From the sequence record PQ390715.1: DNA of 64,000 nt, one strand, 5' to 3'. This document shows, piece by piece, positions 10,344-18,002 of this stretch (the first letter of the stretch is position 1; each line of letters opens with the position of its first letter). The notes under the pieces are model-generated. The model was not told where the DNA came from, did not search any database, and saw only the letters and a list, made by a program, of their open reading frames with translations. Position numbers and translations under genes: made by a program.

Positions 10344-10655
10344 TTTTTGTTTCCTCTTAGTTGTCTTGATAAAATCTATTATGCCAGTACTATCAATCTA
10401 TGTCAATAGTACTGTGATAATAATTTTACTTACTTTTTGCTTTCTTTACAGCTTCCACCTGGTCGGCCCACTCTTTACCCCATACTTGAGCATTATAGTG
10501 ATACTGACAAAGAGCAACGCCCCGTTTCAAACCAGTAATAGATTTTTTACCACATTGACAAGTTTTCATATTAGTTTCCTCATTATCAGGGAGAACCATT
10601 TCTCCCCTTGATGTAATGTATTATACTTTATCTGATTTACTTTGCAAGTACTTTT

Positions 10656-10883
10656 TTAATTTAATTCATCCAGGCAAAGGATACGATCTACACCCAAATC
10701 AGTTAAGCTAATAGACGGCACTTGATAGGTTTCAATGTATGCTACATCGGCCCACTGACCGAACTCACCTGCCGCCCAGTTATACATTGCAAAATGTAAT
10801 TCCGCACCTTTCTTATTAGTAATTACAGCAACAGTAGAAGAATTGCCAGTAGTACCAGATACGCGAGTGATTACGATAGCCAT
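10656..10883 (-). CDS. Hypothetical early protein (start MAIVIT)
   Basis: Own promoter and leader hairpin. Confidence 0.75.
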   Translation of the reverse strand: MAIVITRVSGTTGNSSTVAVITNKKGAELHFAMYNWAAGEFGQWADVAYIETYQVPSISLTDLGVDRILCLDELN

Positions 10884-11168
10884 TGTTTTGATTCCTTTGA
10901 TTTGGAAGGAGAACCGTTTCCCCCTCTCGATGTAAAACATTATACGCTAATCTCTTAATCGTGCAAGTACTTTTTATTACTTTTTGCAAAATACTTTAAA
11001 CGCACTCAATCGCATTCTAACGACTTTAACGCCACCAGCTAGGGCAATACATCAGATAAACAGTTTAATACGTTAGAATCGATTCTAGGCGGTGCTAGTG
11101 GACTGGAATACTATAGACACAAAAAAGCCCACTGTTTAAGGTGGGCTAGTGATTCAGTACTTTAATTG

Positions 11169-11651
11169 TTATGCTTCAACTTTGCGATGAGCTTCGATCC
11201 ATTCCTCGCGAGTCATACCACTGGAGTTAATCGCATCCAGTACTACCGCAATGCAGTTACCACGCACCGGAATCAGATATTCTTCCCCGTTATCAAGTAC
11301 TACCGCTACACGCTCTTGAATCCATTTTTTAGGCTTAGATTCCGGCTTATCTTCACCGTACTTTTTCGCCAGGGCTTTTTGTGCCATCTCTGTAACTACT
11401 TCCAGATCCAATCCAACTACTGCCGCTTGGATACTTTCAATTGTTGCTTGTAGTTCTGCTTCACGGGCCGCCTTCGCTGCTTCAATCTCTGCCGCTTTAT
11501 TTGCTTGTAGTTCTTTCGCAGTACTGTAAGCGATGTTAAAATTATTGCGTACCGCTTTCATGGTATCGTTATCCAGTTCAGCCAGGATCTCTGCCGCGAC
11601 GTTAGTTTCATTTGCTACCAGTGCTTTGATGAATGATTTTACATTAGCCAT
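11169..11651 (-). CDS. H-NS-like protein with a divergent DNA-binding motif
   Basis: N-terminal Ala/Glu coiled coil; C-terminal VLDNGEEYLIPVRGNCIAVVLDAINSSGMTREEWI aligns by eye with H-NS [35 protein letters not shown]. Confidence 0.6.
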   Translation of the reverse strand: MANVKSFIKALVANETNVAAEILAELDNDTMKAVRNNFNIAYSTAKELQANKAAEIEAAKAAREAELQATIESIQAAVVGLDLEVVTEMAQKALAKKYGEDKPESKPKKWIQERVAVVLDNGEEYLIPVRGNCIAVVLDAINSSGMTREEWIEAHRKVEA

Positions 11652-11713
11652 TTTATAAATCCTCAATTAAAGTTTAGTTTACGTTTATTAGTGTATCAAA
11701 GTTTTCTCGACGT

Positions 11714-11802
11714 GTCCAGTTTTTCGTTCGACTTACTGGCGGTCTACTTAGTGTTCCCCGTCTTGATGTAATACATTCTACGCCTTTTTGCGGTAATGTC
11801 AA
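11714..11802 (-). ncRNA. Family B RNA variant, in the leader of the H-NS-like gene
   Basis: TTGACA-16-TAGAAT; ACGGGGAAC..TAAGTAG..CCAGT-AAGTCGAACGAAAA-ACTGG (compensatory change versus GGAGT/ACTCC). Confidence 0.6.
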
Positions 11803-11884
11803 CTACTTTTTTAAAACTATTTTCAAAGTATCTCAGTACTACTGTACTACAAAAACAAAAAAGCCCACCAGGTGGGCTATGTAC

Positions 11885-12115
11885 TTAATCAGTAATTAAA
11901 ACATTAAACACTTTATCATTTAACGTTATGGGTGTACTGCTACCAGGCTTGAGATCAGTTAGTACACCTGCAATAGCTTTTTCATTGGCGACCTTTCCAG
12001 TGTCCAACAGTACTACAGTACTGATAAGATTAACGCTCGTTTCAATATCATAATGCACGGCGTTAAGTAGTTGTGTAGTACTGCTTTCGTTAAGTAAAAC
12101 AATTCGCTTAGTCAT
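11885..12115 (-). CDS. Hypothetical protein
   Basis: Followed by a terminator (CCCACCAGGTGGG). Confidence 0.7.
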   Translation of the reverse strand: MTKRIVLLNESSTTQLLNAVHYDIETSVNLISTVVLLDTGKVANEKAIAGVLTDLKPGSSTPITLNDKVFNVLITD

Positions 12116-12136
12116 GATGTTACCCCGTAGTATCTA

Positions 12137-12436
12137 TCAACGGCAATTAATAACGCCGGTATGAGTTACTTTCTCAGTATCCATAACAGTGACCGAACCG
12201 CGTTTAGTACTGGCATCATAATAAATTGTTGTGCTACCGTTTTCGTCTTCTTCATGGAACGGGCCGTTTTTAAATGCTTCCGGCTGGATCTCTAAATCCT
12301 TTAATACAATCTCGCCAGTTCTTTCATCGGTCATTGCAACAGTGCACTGAATGAATTTATCACCAGGTACATCTAACGACGCATTAACAGCGAAAGAGGA
12401 AACAGATAAAGCCAGGGCGATGATTGCAATTTTCAT
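12137..12436 (-). CDS. Putative secreted/periplasmic protein
   Basis: Signal-peptide-like MKIAIIALALSVSSFAVNA. Confidence 0.7.
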   Translation of the reverse strand: MKIAIIALALSVSSFAVNASLDVPGDKFIQCTVAMTDERTGEIVLKDLEIQPEAFKNGPFHEEDENGSTTIYYDASTKRGSVTVMDTEKVTHTGVINCR

Positions 12437-12520
12437 TTGATTATCCTTAGTTACCAGGGGGAACCGCTCCCCCTTGCGATGTAAAATATTATACAGTACT
12501 AAAAACTAATTGCAAGTACT

Positions 12521-12757
12521 TTATGATTTTTTATAAAACATTTCAGCAGTGATATTTTTACCCGTTGGTTGTACTTTATCCAGAATTTTTTGATGTCCAG
12601 GCCGTCCAAATGAATAAGATCCGTAAACAGTAAACCAGTAGTTACCCTCAGTGTTTACATGTACAGCACAATAGGGAACGCCCCGCGATTCATCACTAGT
12701 AAAGTGTGATACCGTACCCGTTACATTCGCAGACGTTGATTTGATTTGTTCGACCAT
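12521..12757 (-). CDS. Hypothetical early protein
   Basis: Own promoter and leader hairpin. Confidence 0.75.
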   Translation of the reverse strand: MVEQIKSTSANVTGTVSHFTSDESRGVPYCAVHVNTEGNYWFTVYGSYSFGRPGHQKILDKVQPTGKNITAEMFYKKS

Positions 12758-12865
12758 TTTCTTATTCCTTAGTTACCAGGGGAACCGCTCCCCCTATGCA
12801 AAACATTATACGCGTTTAAAAACTAATAGCAAGTATTTTAATAAAAAGTATTTGGAAAATAATTG

Positions 12866-12950
12866 TTGACAAGTGCATCCAGTACTGGCATAATTACTAC
12901 ATCAAGACGAAACAGTCACTAACCCACCGGGTGCCGAGATCCGTCTATTA
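12866..12950 (+). ncRNA. Family A element, copy 5 (opposite orientation)
   Basis: TTGACA-17-CATAAT; GAC-GAAACA-GTC; CCCACCGGGTGCC. Confidence 0.55.
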
Positions 12951-12999
12951 AATGATTCAGTACTAAAAAAAGAAAGGGGATCAATTGATCCCCTCGTTG

Positions 13000-13221
13000 T
13001 TATTTTGTAAGGTATAAACAGAAGTCACCTTTATTTGCTACGCCGCCAGTGTAACGCGAGGAATAGTTAGAAACGTCCTGGACTTCTGCTATTACCAGGG
13101 TATCATCATTCAATTCGTCGCAGAAGCAAACGGCTGGATCTTGTACGCCGATATTGTCGGCATGTTCCCGCATAGATTTAACCAGTGCTTCAAGTTGGGA
13201 AAGAGTAGTGATATTAGCCAT
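13000..13221 (-). CDS. Hypothetical early protein
   Basis: Own promoter, leader hairpin, terminator at 12975-12994. Confidence 0.75.
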   Translation of the reverse strand: MANITTLSQLEALVKSMREHADNIGVQDPAVCFCDELNDDTLVIAEVQDVSNYSSRYTGGVANKGDFCLYLTK

Positions 13222-13304
13222 TTTATTTTCCTCATTACCAGGGAGAACCATTTCTCCCCTTGATGTAAACTATTATACAGTACTAAAAACTAATTGCAAG
13301 TACT

Positions 13305-13586
13305 TTAACTGTAAGATCCGCAACGGTCGCAGTAGTGCCCCTCGTCATCGTCAACGAATTGACCAACGAAATTATCTACTTTCGCTTTCAGGTTATTATA
13401 ATCGTTTTCTACTTCATTTAAACGCTTCTGGTAGTATTCCAGTGCTTTAAGATATGCCGCATCAGCAGTTTTCTCCTGCATAGCTAAATTCATGCCACGC
13501 GTTTCATCGTACAGCCAAAAACCATCGGTGCACTGGCTAATAGATAATGACTTGCTTAGTACTGTATAGTTAATTACTTTACTCAT
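13305..13586 (-). CDS. Hypothetical early protein (start MSKVIN)
   Basis: Leader hairpin and GAGGG RBS; C-terminal CDRC. Confidence 0.75.
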   Translation of the reverse strand: MSKVINYTVLSKSLSISQCTDGFWLYDETRGMNLAMQEKTADAAYLKALEYYQKRLNEVENDYNNLKAKVDNFVGQFVDDDEGHYCDRCGSYS

Positions 13587-13644
13587 TAGATAAACCCTCA
13601 ATAAAGGCGGGAACCATTCCCCGCCATTGTTACAGTACTGAATA

Positions 13645-13884
13645 TTACATTCCAACCATTGCAGCACGGATCGCAGTAGTGCTATACTTAAAGCCGTCCG
13701 GCGTTGTAGTAGTACCGTTGGCTTTTAATCTGCGGTACATGCATTCCGCTGCAATATCTTTAGTTCTACTTTGTGCGATACAACTTTGTGCAAGCCGATA
13801 CAATGACTCACCGTTATTAATCCATAAGGAAACATTCCAATGAGTTTTGTTTTTGTGCCCGTTGTAAGTTTTAGTACTAGCCAT
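13645..13884 (-). CDS. Conserved phage protein (YNG...W.VSLWINN type), paralogue of 15686..15925
   Basis: Near-identical HKNKTHWNVSLWINN and TPDGFKYSTTAIRAAMVGM. Confidence 0.85.
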   Translation of the reverse strand: MASTKTYNGHKNKTHWNVSLWINNGESLYRLAQSCIAQSRTKDIAAECMYRRLKANGTTTTPDGFKYSTTAIRAAMVGM

Positions 13885-13976
13885 TTTTTTTAATCCTCGT
13901 TTGAGCGGGGAACCACTCCCCGCCTCGATATAAAGTATTATACGCCTTTAAACTTAGTTTGCAAGTACTTTTTAAA

Positions 13977-14588
13977 TTAATATTCGATTGATTCTACTAC
14001 GCCATCAATAACATTGAATTGATATTCGTTACCCTCAATCAGTGCTGTAATGTTTTCAGTAGTGAATTGATCCTCATATGCATTCTCTAAATCACGGTAC
14101 AACTTGCGGGATAATTCACGAATAGTTTCAGTGAGTAGTTCCTCAAGCTCATTAACTAACGTTTCTTGTTTTGCGGTTAAATCAGTGTAAGCCGATTCAA
14201 TGTACCCGCTTACAGTGTTTTCATGCGAGTAGTGGGAGTGAGAACGCTTTACACTCATCGCCAAATCATCTTCATTCAGCAGGTGACGGATTGAGCGATA
14301 CTTAGTTAATGCTCTTACCTTGCGTAAAAACTTCACTGCGTCAACGTGGTCAGTACTGATTGATGCACCGTCACCCTGGGACCAAAAACCACTGAATTGT
14401 ATTTCAGCGTCATTAATGCCATATTCCGGCAATACTGTTTCTTTATAGTGTTCAATTTCACTTTCAGAAAAATAATCGTCGTTTGAGTTTTTTTCACGTT
14501 CCCGAACCAGTTCGATAGCTGACGTTTTTTGTTCTGCGTTCAATTCAGAAAAATCCATAACGAAAGTAGTAGTAGTGATAGTTTTCAT
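13977..14588 (-). CDS. FSGFWSQGDGA-motif protein (family often annotated as TA antitoxin-like)
   Basis: TTT.V..F.EL..EQK..A N-terminus and IQFSGFWSQGDGAS motif; annotation from recall. Confidence 0.55.
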   Translation of the reverse strand: MKTITTTTFVMDFSELNAEQKTSAIELVREREKNSNDDYFSESEIEHYKETVLPEYGINDAEIQFSGFWSQGDGASISTDHVDAVKFLRKVRALTKYRSIRHLLNEDDLAMSVKRSHSHYSHENTVSGYIESAYTDLTAKQETLVNELEELLTETIRELSRKLYRDLENAYEDQFTTENITALIEGNEYQFNVIDGVVESIEY

Positions 14589-14656
14589 TTTGTAACTCTC
14601 ATTCAGTAGTTGATGTAAGTATTATACGCTTTTAAAAACATTTGTCAAACTATTTT

Positions 14657-14766
14657 ATCAGGGGAGTTTTTCGTGTGCCTTACTCCTGGGCTACTTAACG
14701 GGGAGTTACTTATTTCGTTCCCCGTCCTGATGTAAAACATTATACGCCTTTAAACATAGTTTGCAA
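14657..14766 (-). ncRNA. Family B structured RNA, copy 3
   Basis: Near-identical to 4524-4631, with changes confined to loops and linkers. Confidence 0.65.
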
Positions 14767-14811
14767 GTACTTTTTAAAAATAGTTTTCAGTACTGAATAT
14801 TAAAAAAAGTA

Positions 14812-14890
14812 TTGACAGCATTATCAAGTACTGGCATAATATACCCCATGACAACAGCTAACCCACCGGGTGCACAATTGTAACTATACT
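14812..14890 (+). ncRNA. Family A element, copy 6
   Basis: TTGACA-17-CATAAT; CCCACCGGGTGCACAATTGTAACTAT; converges on copy 7. Confidence 0.55.
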
Positions 14891-14899
14891 AAACTACTT

Positions 14900-14984
14900 T
14901 TTCTATAGATACACTCCCGCACCCTATGGGCTACGGCTTATCTGCCAATGAATACATTATGCCAGTACTGACAAAATAAGTCAA
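14900..14984 (-). ncRNA. Family A element, copy 7
   Basis: TTGACT-17-CATAAT; GGC-AGATAA-GCC; CCCATAGGGTGCGGGAGTGTATCTAT. Confidence 0.55.
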
Positions 14985-15014
14985 TACCGGCAATTGTAAA
15001 GATTTGTAAACTGC

Positions 15015-15245
15015 TTATACTGCAATCGCGTCCAGGCTATAATAATAATAAGTGCCGTATTGGTGTACTTTATTACCTTTTATTTCAGTACTGAATGAAT
15101 CCGAACGGTTTGCATATGATGTTAATTTAAAGTACTTTGATTTGCTGATACGTTGCCATACACCGCAGATCCGCTGTAAGTAAGTAGTTTTATTAGTGGT
15201 AGTATCTTTTACGGTTTTAACTTCAGTCATATACATATTAGTCAT
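15015..15245 (-). CDS. Hypothetical early protein
   Basis: Own promoter and GGAG RBS. Confidence 0.75.
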   Translation of the reverse strand: MTNMYMTEVKTVKDTTTNKTTYLQRICGVWQRISKSKYFKLTSYANRSDSFSTEIKGNKVHQYGTYYYYSLDAIAV

Positions 15246-15332
15246 TTTTATTACTCCAGGTTATAGGCGGGAAGTGTTCCCGCTCTCGATGTAAAACATT
15301 ATACTCCATTAAACATAGTTTGCAAGTACTTT

Positions 15333-15599
15333 TTATTCAAGTACTGCAATCTTTTTAGTACTGTACACAGTAACGCGGTTGCCCTTGCGGTCGTGCTTTA
15401 TTTCTACCACTCGACGCGATACACTATCGGGACTTTTTAACGCCGCTAACCAGTACTGTAATGATCTGGCTGTACTACGCTTTACAATGGCCCAACGTTT
15501 ACCACGTTCCGATTGTACGCCCATATCTTTAAACGTTGCCCCGTCCTGGCGTGCGGCGATCCGAGCTTGTTCACGCGTCGCAAAATACTTAATATTCAT
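15333..15599 (-). CDS. Paralogue of 3279..3683 (start MNIKYF)
   Basis: Shared motifs. Confidence 0.8.
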   Translation of the reverse strand: MNIKYFATREQARIAARQDGATFKDMGVQSERGKRWAIVKRSTARSLQYWLAALKSPDSVSRRVVEIKHDRKGNRVTVYSTKKIAVLE

Positions 15600-15685
15600 G
15601 CTGTTGCCCTTATCGTTGGTGTATGAATAAAACACTATTATAAAGTACTATCGCAAAAAAATGATAGTACTTTAAATAAATTCTA

Positions 15686-15925
15686 TTACATTCCAACCAT
15701 TGCCGCACGGATCGCAGTAGTGCTATATTTGAATCCGTCCGGTGTTTTATCTTGTCCAGTCTGTTCTAAAAATAACATCATATGACGGGCCGCATCATTG
15801 CGATTAGTGCTATCGTTAATAAAGTCCTGGGCCAACCGGTATAATGATTCATCGTTATTAATCCAAAGGCTTACATTCCAATGAGTTTTGTTTTTGTGAC
15901 CTAAGAACATTTTTGATTTAGCCAT
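15686..15925 (-). CDS. Paralogue of 13645..13884
   Basis: Shared motifs; own promoter and leader. Confidence 0.85.
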   Translation of the reverse strand: MAKSKMFLGHKNKTHWNVSLWINNDESLYRLAQDFINDSTNRNDAARHMMLFLEQTGQDKTPDGFKYSTTAIRAAMVGM

Positions 15926-16017
15926 TTTTTAATCCTCTTATATAGTGGGGAACTATTCCCCACCTGATAGAAAGTATTATACTTGTTTTAACTTAGTATG
16001 CAAGTACTTTATTAAAC

Positions 16018-16380
16018 TTATTCGTAAATTTTGCCACTGTCAGCCCATACCAGGAAACGAGGCATATTATCCCATGCATCTTGTTTTAAATTTAAACCGT
16101 GTAATACTTCTGTACTTTCCATTCCTGGTACTGGTTTACTATACACCGCGAACAATTCGCCCATGTACTGATAAGCCATCGTTAAATCACTGGCGATCAT
16201 CTTATGGATCATCGCATCAAGCATCACGGTTGCGGCGTATTGTTCACGCTTAAGCGGTAACATTGCAATAAGTTCCCGATAAGCTGAAATGTGAATCTTT
16301 ACCGTTTCAGCCGGAAGACCTTTCATCTCTTCACGGAAGTTAACCAGGTTAGCAATAATTTTAGTGATTTGAGTCGCCAT
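16018..16380 (-). CDS. Hypothetical early protein (start MATQIT)
   Basis: Own promoter and leader. Confidence 0.75.
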   Translation of the reverse strand: MATQITKIIANLVNFREEMKGLPAETVKIHISAYRELIAMLPLKREQYAATVMLDAMIHKMIASDLTMAYQYMGELFAVYSKPVPGMESTEVLHGLNLKQDAWDNMPRFLVWADSGKIYE

Positions 16381-16509
16381 CGTTTTAATCTCTCGTAATG
16401 TGTAGCAGGAAGTGTTCCCGCTCTCGATGTAAAACATTATACGCTTTTTTCAGTACGGTGCAAGTACTTTCTACAAATACTTTTTAAAATAGTTTTCTTT
16501 CTATATAGG

Positions 16510-16601
16510 AGTACTATTATTCAGTACTATTATTCAGTACTATCATTCAGTACTGCAACCATCCAGGGGAACTATCTTTCTATATAGGGGAACTATCTTT
16601 C
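16510..16601. repeat. 4 x 13-bp AGTACTATYATTC tandem repeat plus 2 x GGGGAACTATCTTTC
   Basis: AGTACT at 16510, 16523, 16536, 16549; direct repeats at 16566 and 16587. Confidence 0.9.
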
Positions 16602-16766
16602 AGTACTGAATCAACCAAATCACTACTACACCCCATAAAACGGCCTCAGACGCATTCTAACGCATTAATACACCTAAGCTATACATTTGCACCATTCCAA
16701 TCATTCCAGGGCTTTACGGGCCGTTTAAACGCGTTAAATTATTTTCAATTATTTTGTTTTTAGGTA

Positions 16767-17066
16767 TTGACTTGATCCTGAAAAAGCGTATAATTACTAC
16801 ATAGACGCGAGAAAGCGGAAACCCCAGAGGGTGCGGAATTACGCCCAAAATTCAAGATATAAAAAAAGGATACACTCCCGCACCCTAGCAGGTAAACGCA
16901 CTTTCTCAGTACTGAAATATAGTACCATAGTCCGGCCCAGGATGGCAAGCAAATTAATTAAAACTTTTTTCATCCAGGGTATTGCTTTATTTTTCCAGTA
17001 CTGTATAATAGTTCCATCAAGTCGAGAAAGACTCAAGCCCACCGGGTGCATAGTTACGCCCAAAAT
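16767..17066. ncRNA. Family A elements, copies 8-10 (16767+, ~16869-16948-, 16982+)
   Basis: Promoters with CGC-GAGAAA-GCG and AGTC-GAGAAA-GACT hairpins and a GGGTGC core; the two + copies share TTACGCCCAAAATTCA. Confidence 0.5.
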
Positions 17067-17599
17067 TCAGTACTGAAAAAATTTTTAAAAATATCCGGCC
17101 AGGTCGTTGACATTGCCCCCAGTTTATAAGATAATGATTCCAGATTCAGAAAAATCTAACTACAGATACTGCGGGGAAACTATCCCCACGCGGTAGGGGA
17201 ACTATTGGAAAAACAAAATAAAATTTTGATTTAGCCGTCTATACTTCCAGCCATCCAGAAATCTAGCCGTTTAGCCGTCTAGATGGATAGCCATCTTTAC
17301 TTCCAGACTTCTGGAGGGCTAGACATATCTACGTCCAAAATCCATCCAGGGTAACTACACCCAAAATCCGTCAGTACTATACCATAGATCTATCTTTTGA
17401 AAGGGAGTATTCAGTACTGCCATCATAGCCCTCACTATGTTACCCTAGGAGGATGAAGACTATCATGTAGTACTGAATACTGTTAGAGGGAATCCACCAG
17501 CTTGTGCTGGTGGCATAATGCTTTAGATTAAAATCAGTACTGACACCATTCTGTTAATATCAGTACTGTTATTACAATTTTCATATGAGGTTCAAAAAG

Positions 17600-17725
17600 A
17601 TGTACCACCACAGGAGGAACTATCTTTTCTGTACTGTCTCACGACAGGAGGTAGAGTAAATGAATTGTTCGCAGCAACTCATCTCTCTATGTAGAACATT
17701 ATACAGTACTGAATCATAATGTCAA
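17600..17725 (-). ncRNA. Candidate ORF-less structured RNA with its own promoter
   Basis: TTGACA-16-TATAAT; ATGAGTTG/CAATTCAT stem; CTGTC-GTGA-GACAG GNRA hairpin. Confidence 0.45.
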
Positions 17726-18002
17726 TAACTTTCTTTCACCATTCAGTACTGATATTCTTGAGAACTACCCGTCTACAAACATCATTATATCCCACAAATC
17801 ATAAACGTCCCAACGTAAATTTCAACTTTCGAAGATCCAACTTTTATTTCATAGGTACTCCAAAATTTTTAGGATCGAGATTTAGGATGGAGTACTAACC
17901 AACTTTTTGCTGGAGCCTCAAGGGGTAATTGAATTTTACCCCGAAGGGTAAAAGGGTAATTGTAATTAAGGTGAAAGTAATAATTCAGTACTAATCATTG
18001 CG

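Larger units (their letters stand above)
18..16463 (-). promoter_or_regulatory. Dispersed family of >25 sigma70-type early promoters, most followed by a conserved 5' leader hairpin
   Basis: Minus-strand TTGACA/TTGCA(A/T)-N16-TATAAT-(G/A)TTTT-ACATC or TTGACA-N17-CATAAT, with A/T-tract UP elements. Examples at 49-76, 690-717, 1025-1052, 5458-5485, 8278-8305, 13272-13299. Leader GGGG(A)GAA-YRG-TTC(T)CCC follows in >20 cases. Confidence 0.9.

Noticed and set aside
768-16253. Plus-strand ORFs such as 768-1235, 3430-3660, 10240-10611, 15379-15630, 15945-16253
   Set aside because: They are antisense shadows of minus-strand genes that have their own promoters and RBSs; they lack an RBS or promoter
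1827-16437. N-terminal extensions beginning MFYIERG/MFYIESG/MYLESS in the ORF track
   Set aside because: They are in-frame read-throughs of the conserved promoter/leader sequence, upstream of +1; the true starts follow the RBS
16760-17076. ORFs 16760-16948, 16831-17076, 16839-17063
   Set aside because: They overlap promoter and family A elements on both strands, and have no RBS or protein-like composition
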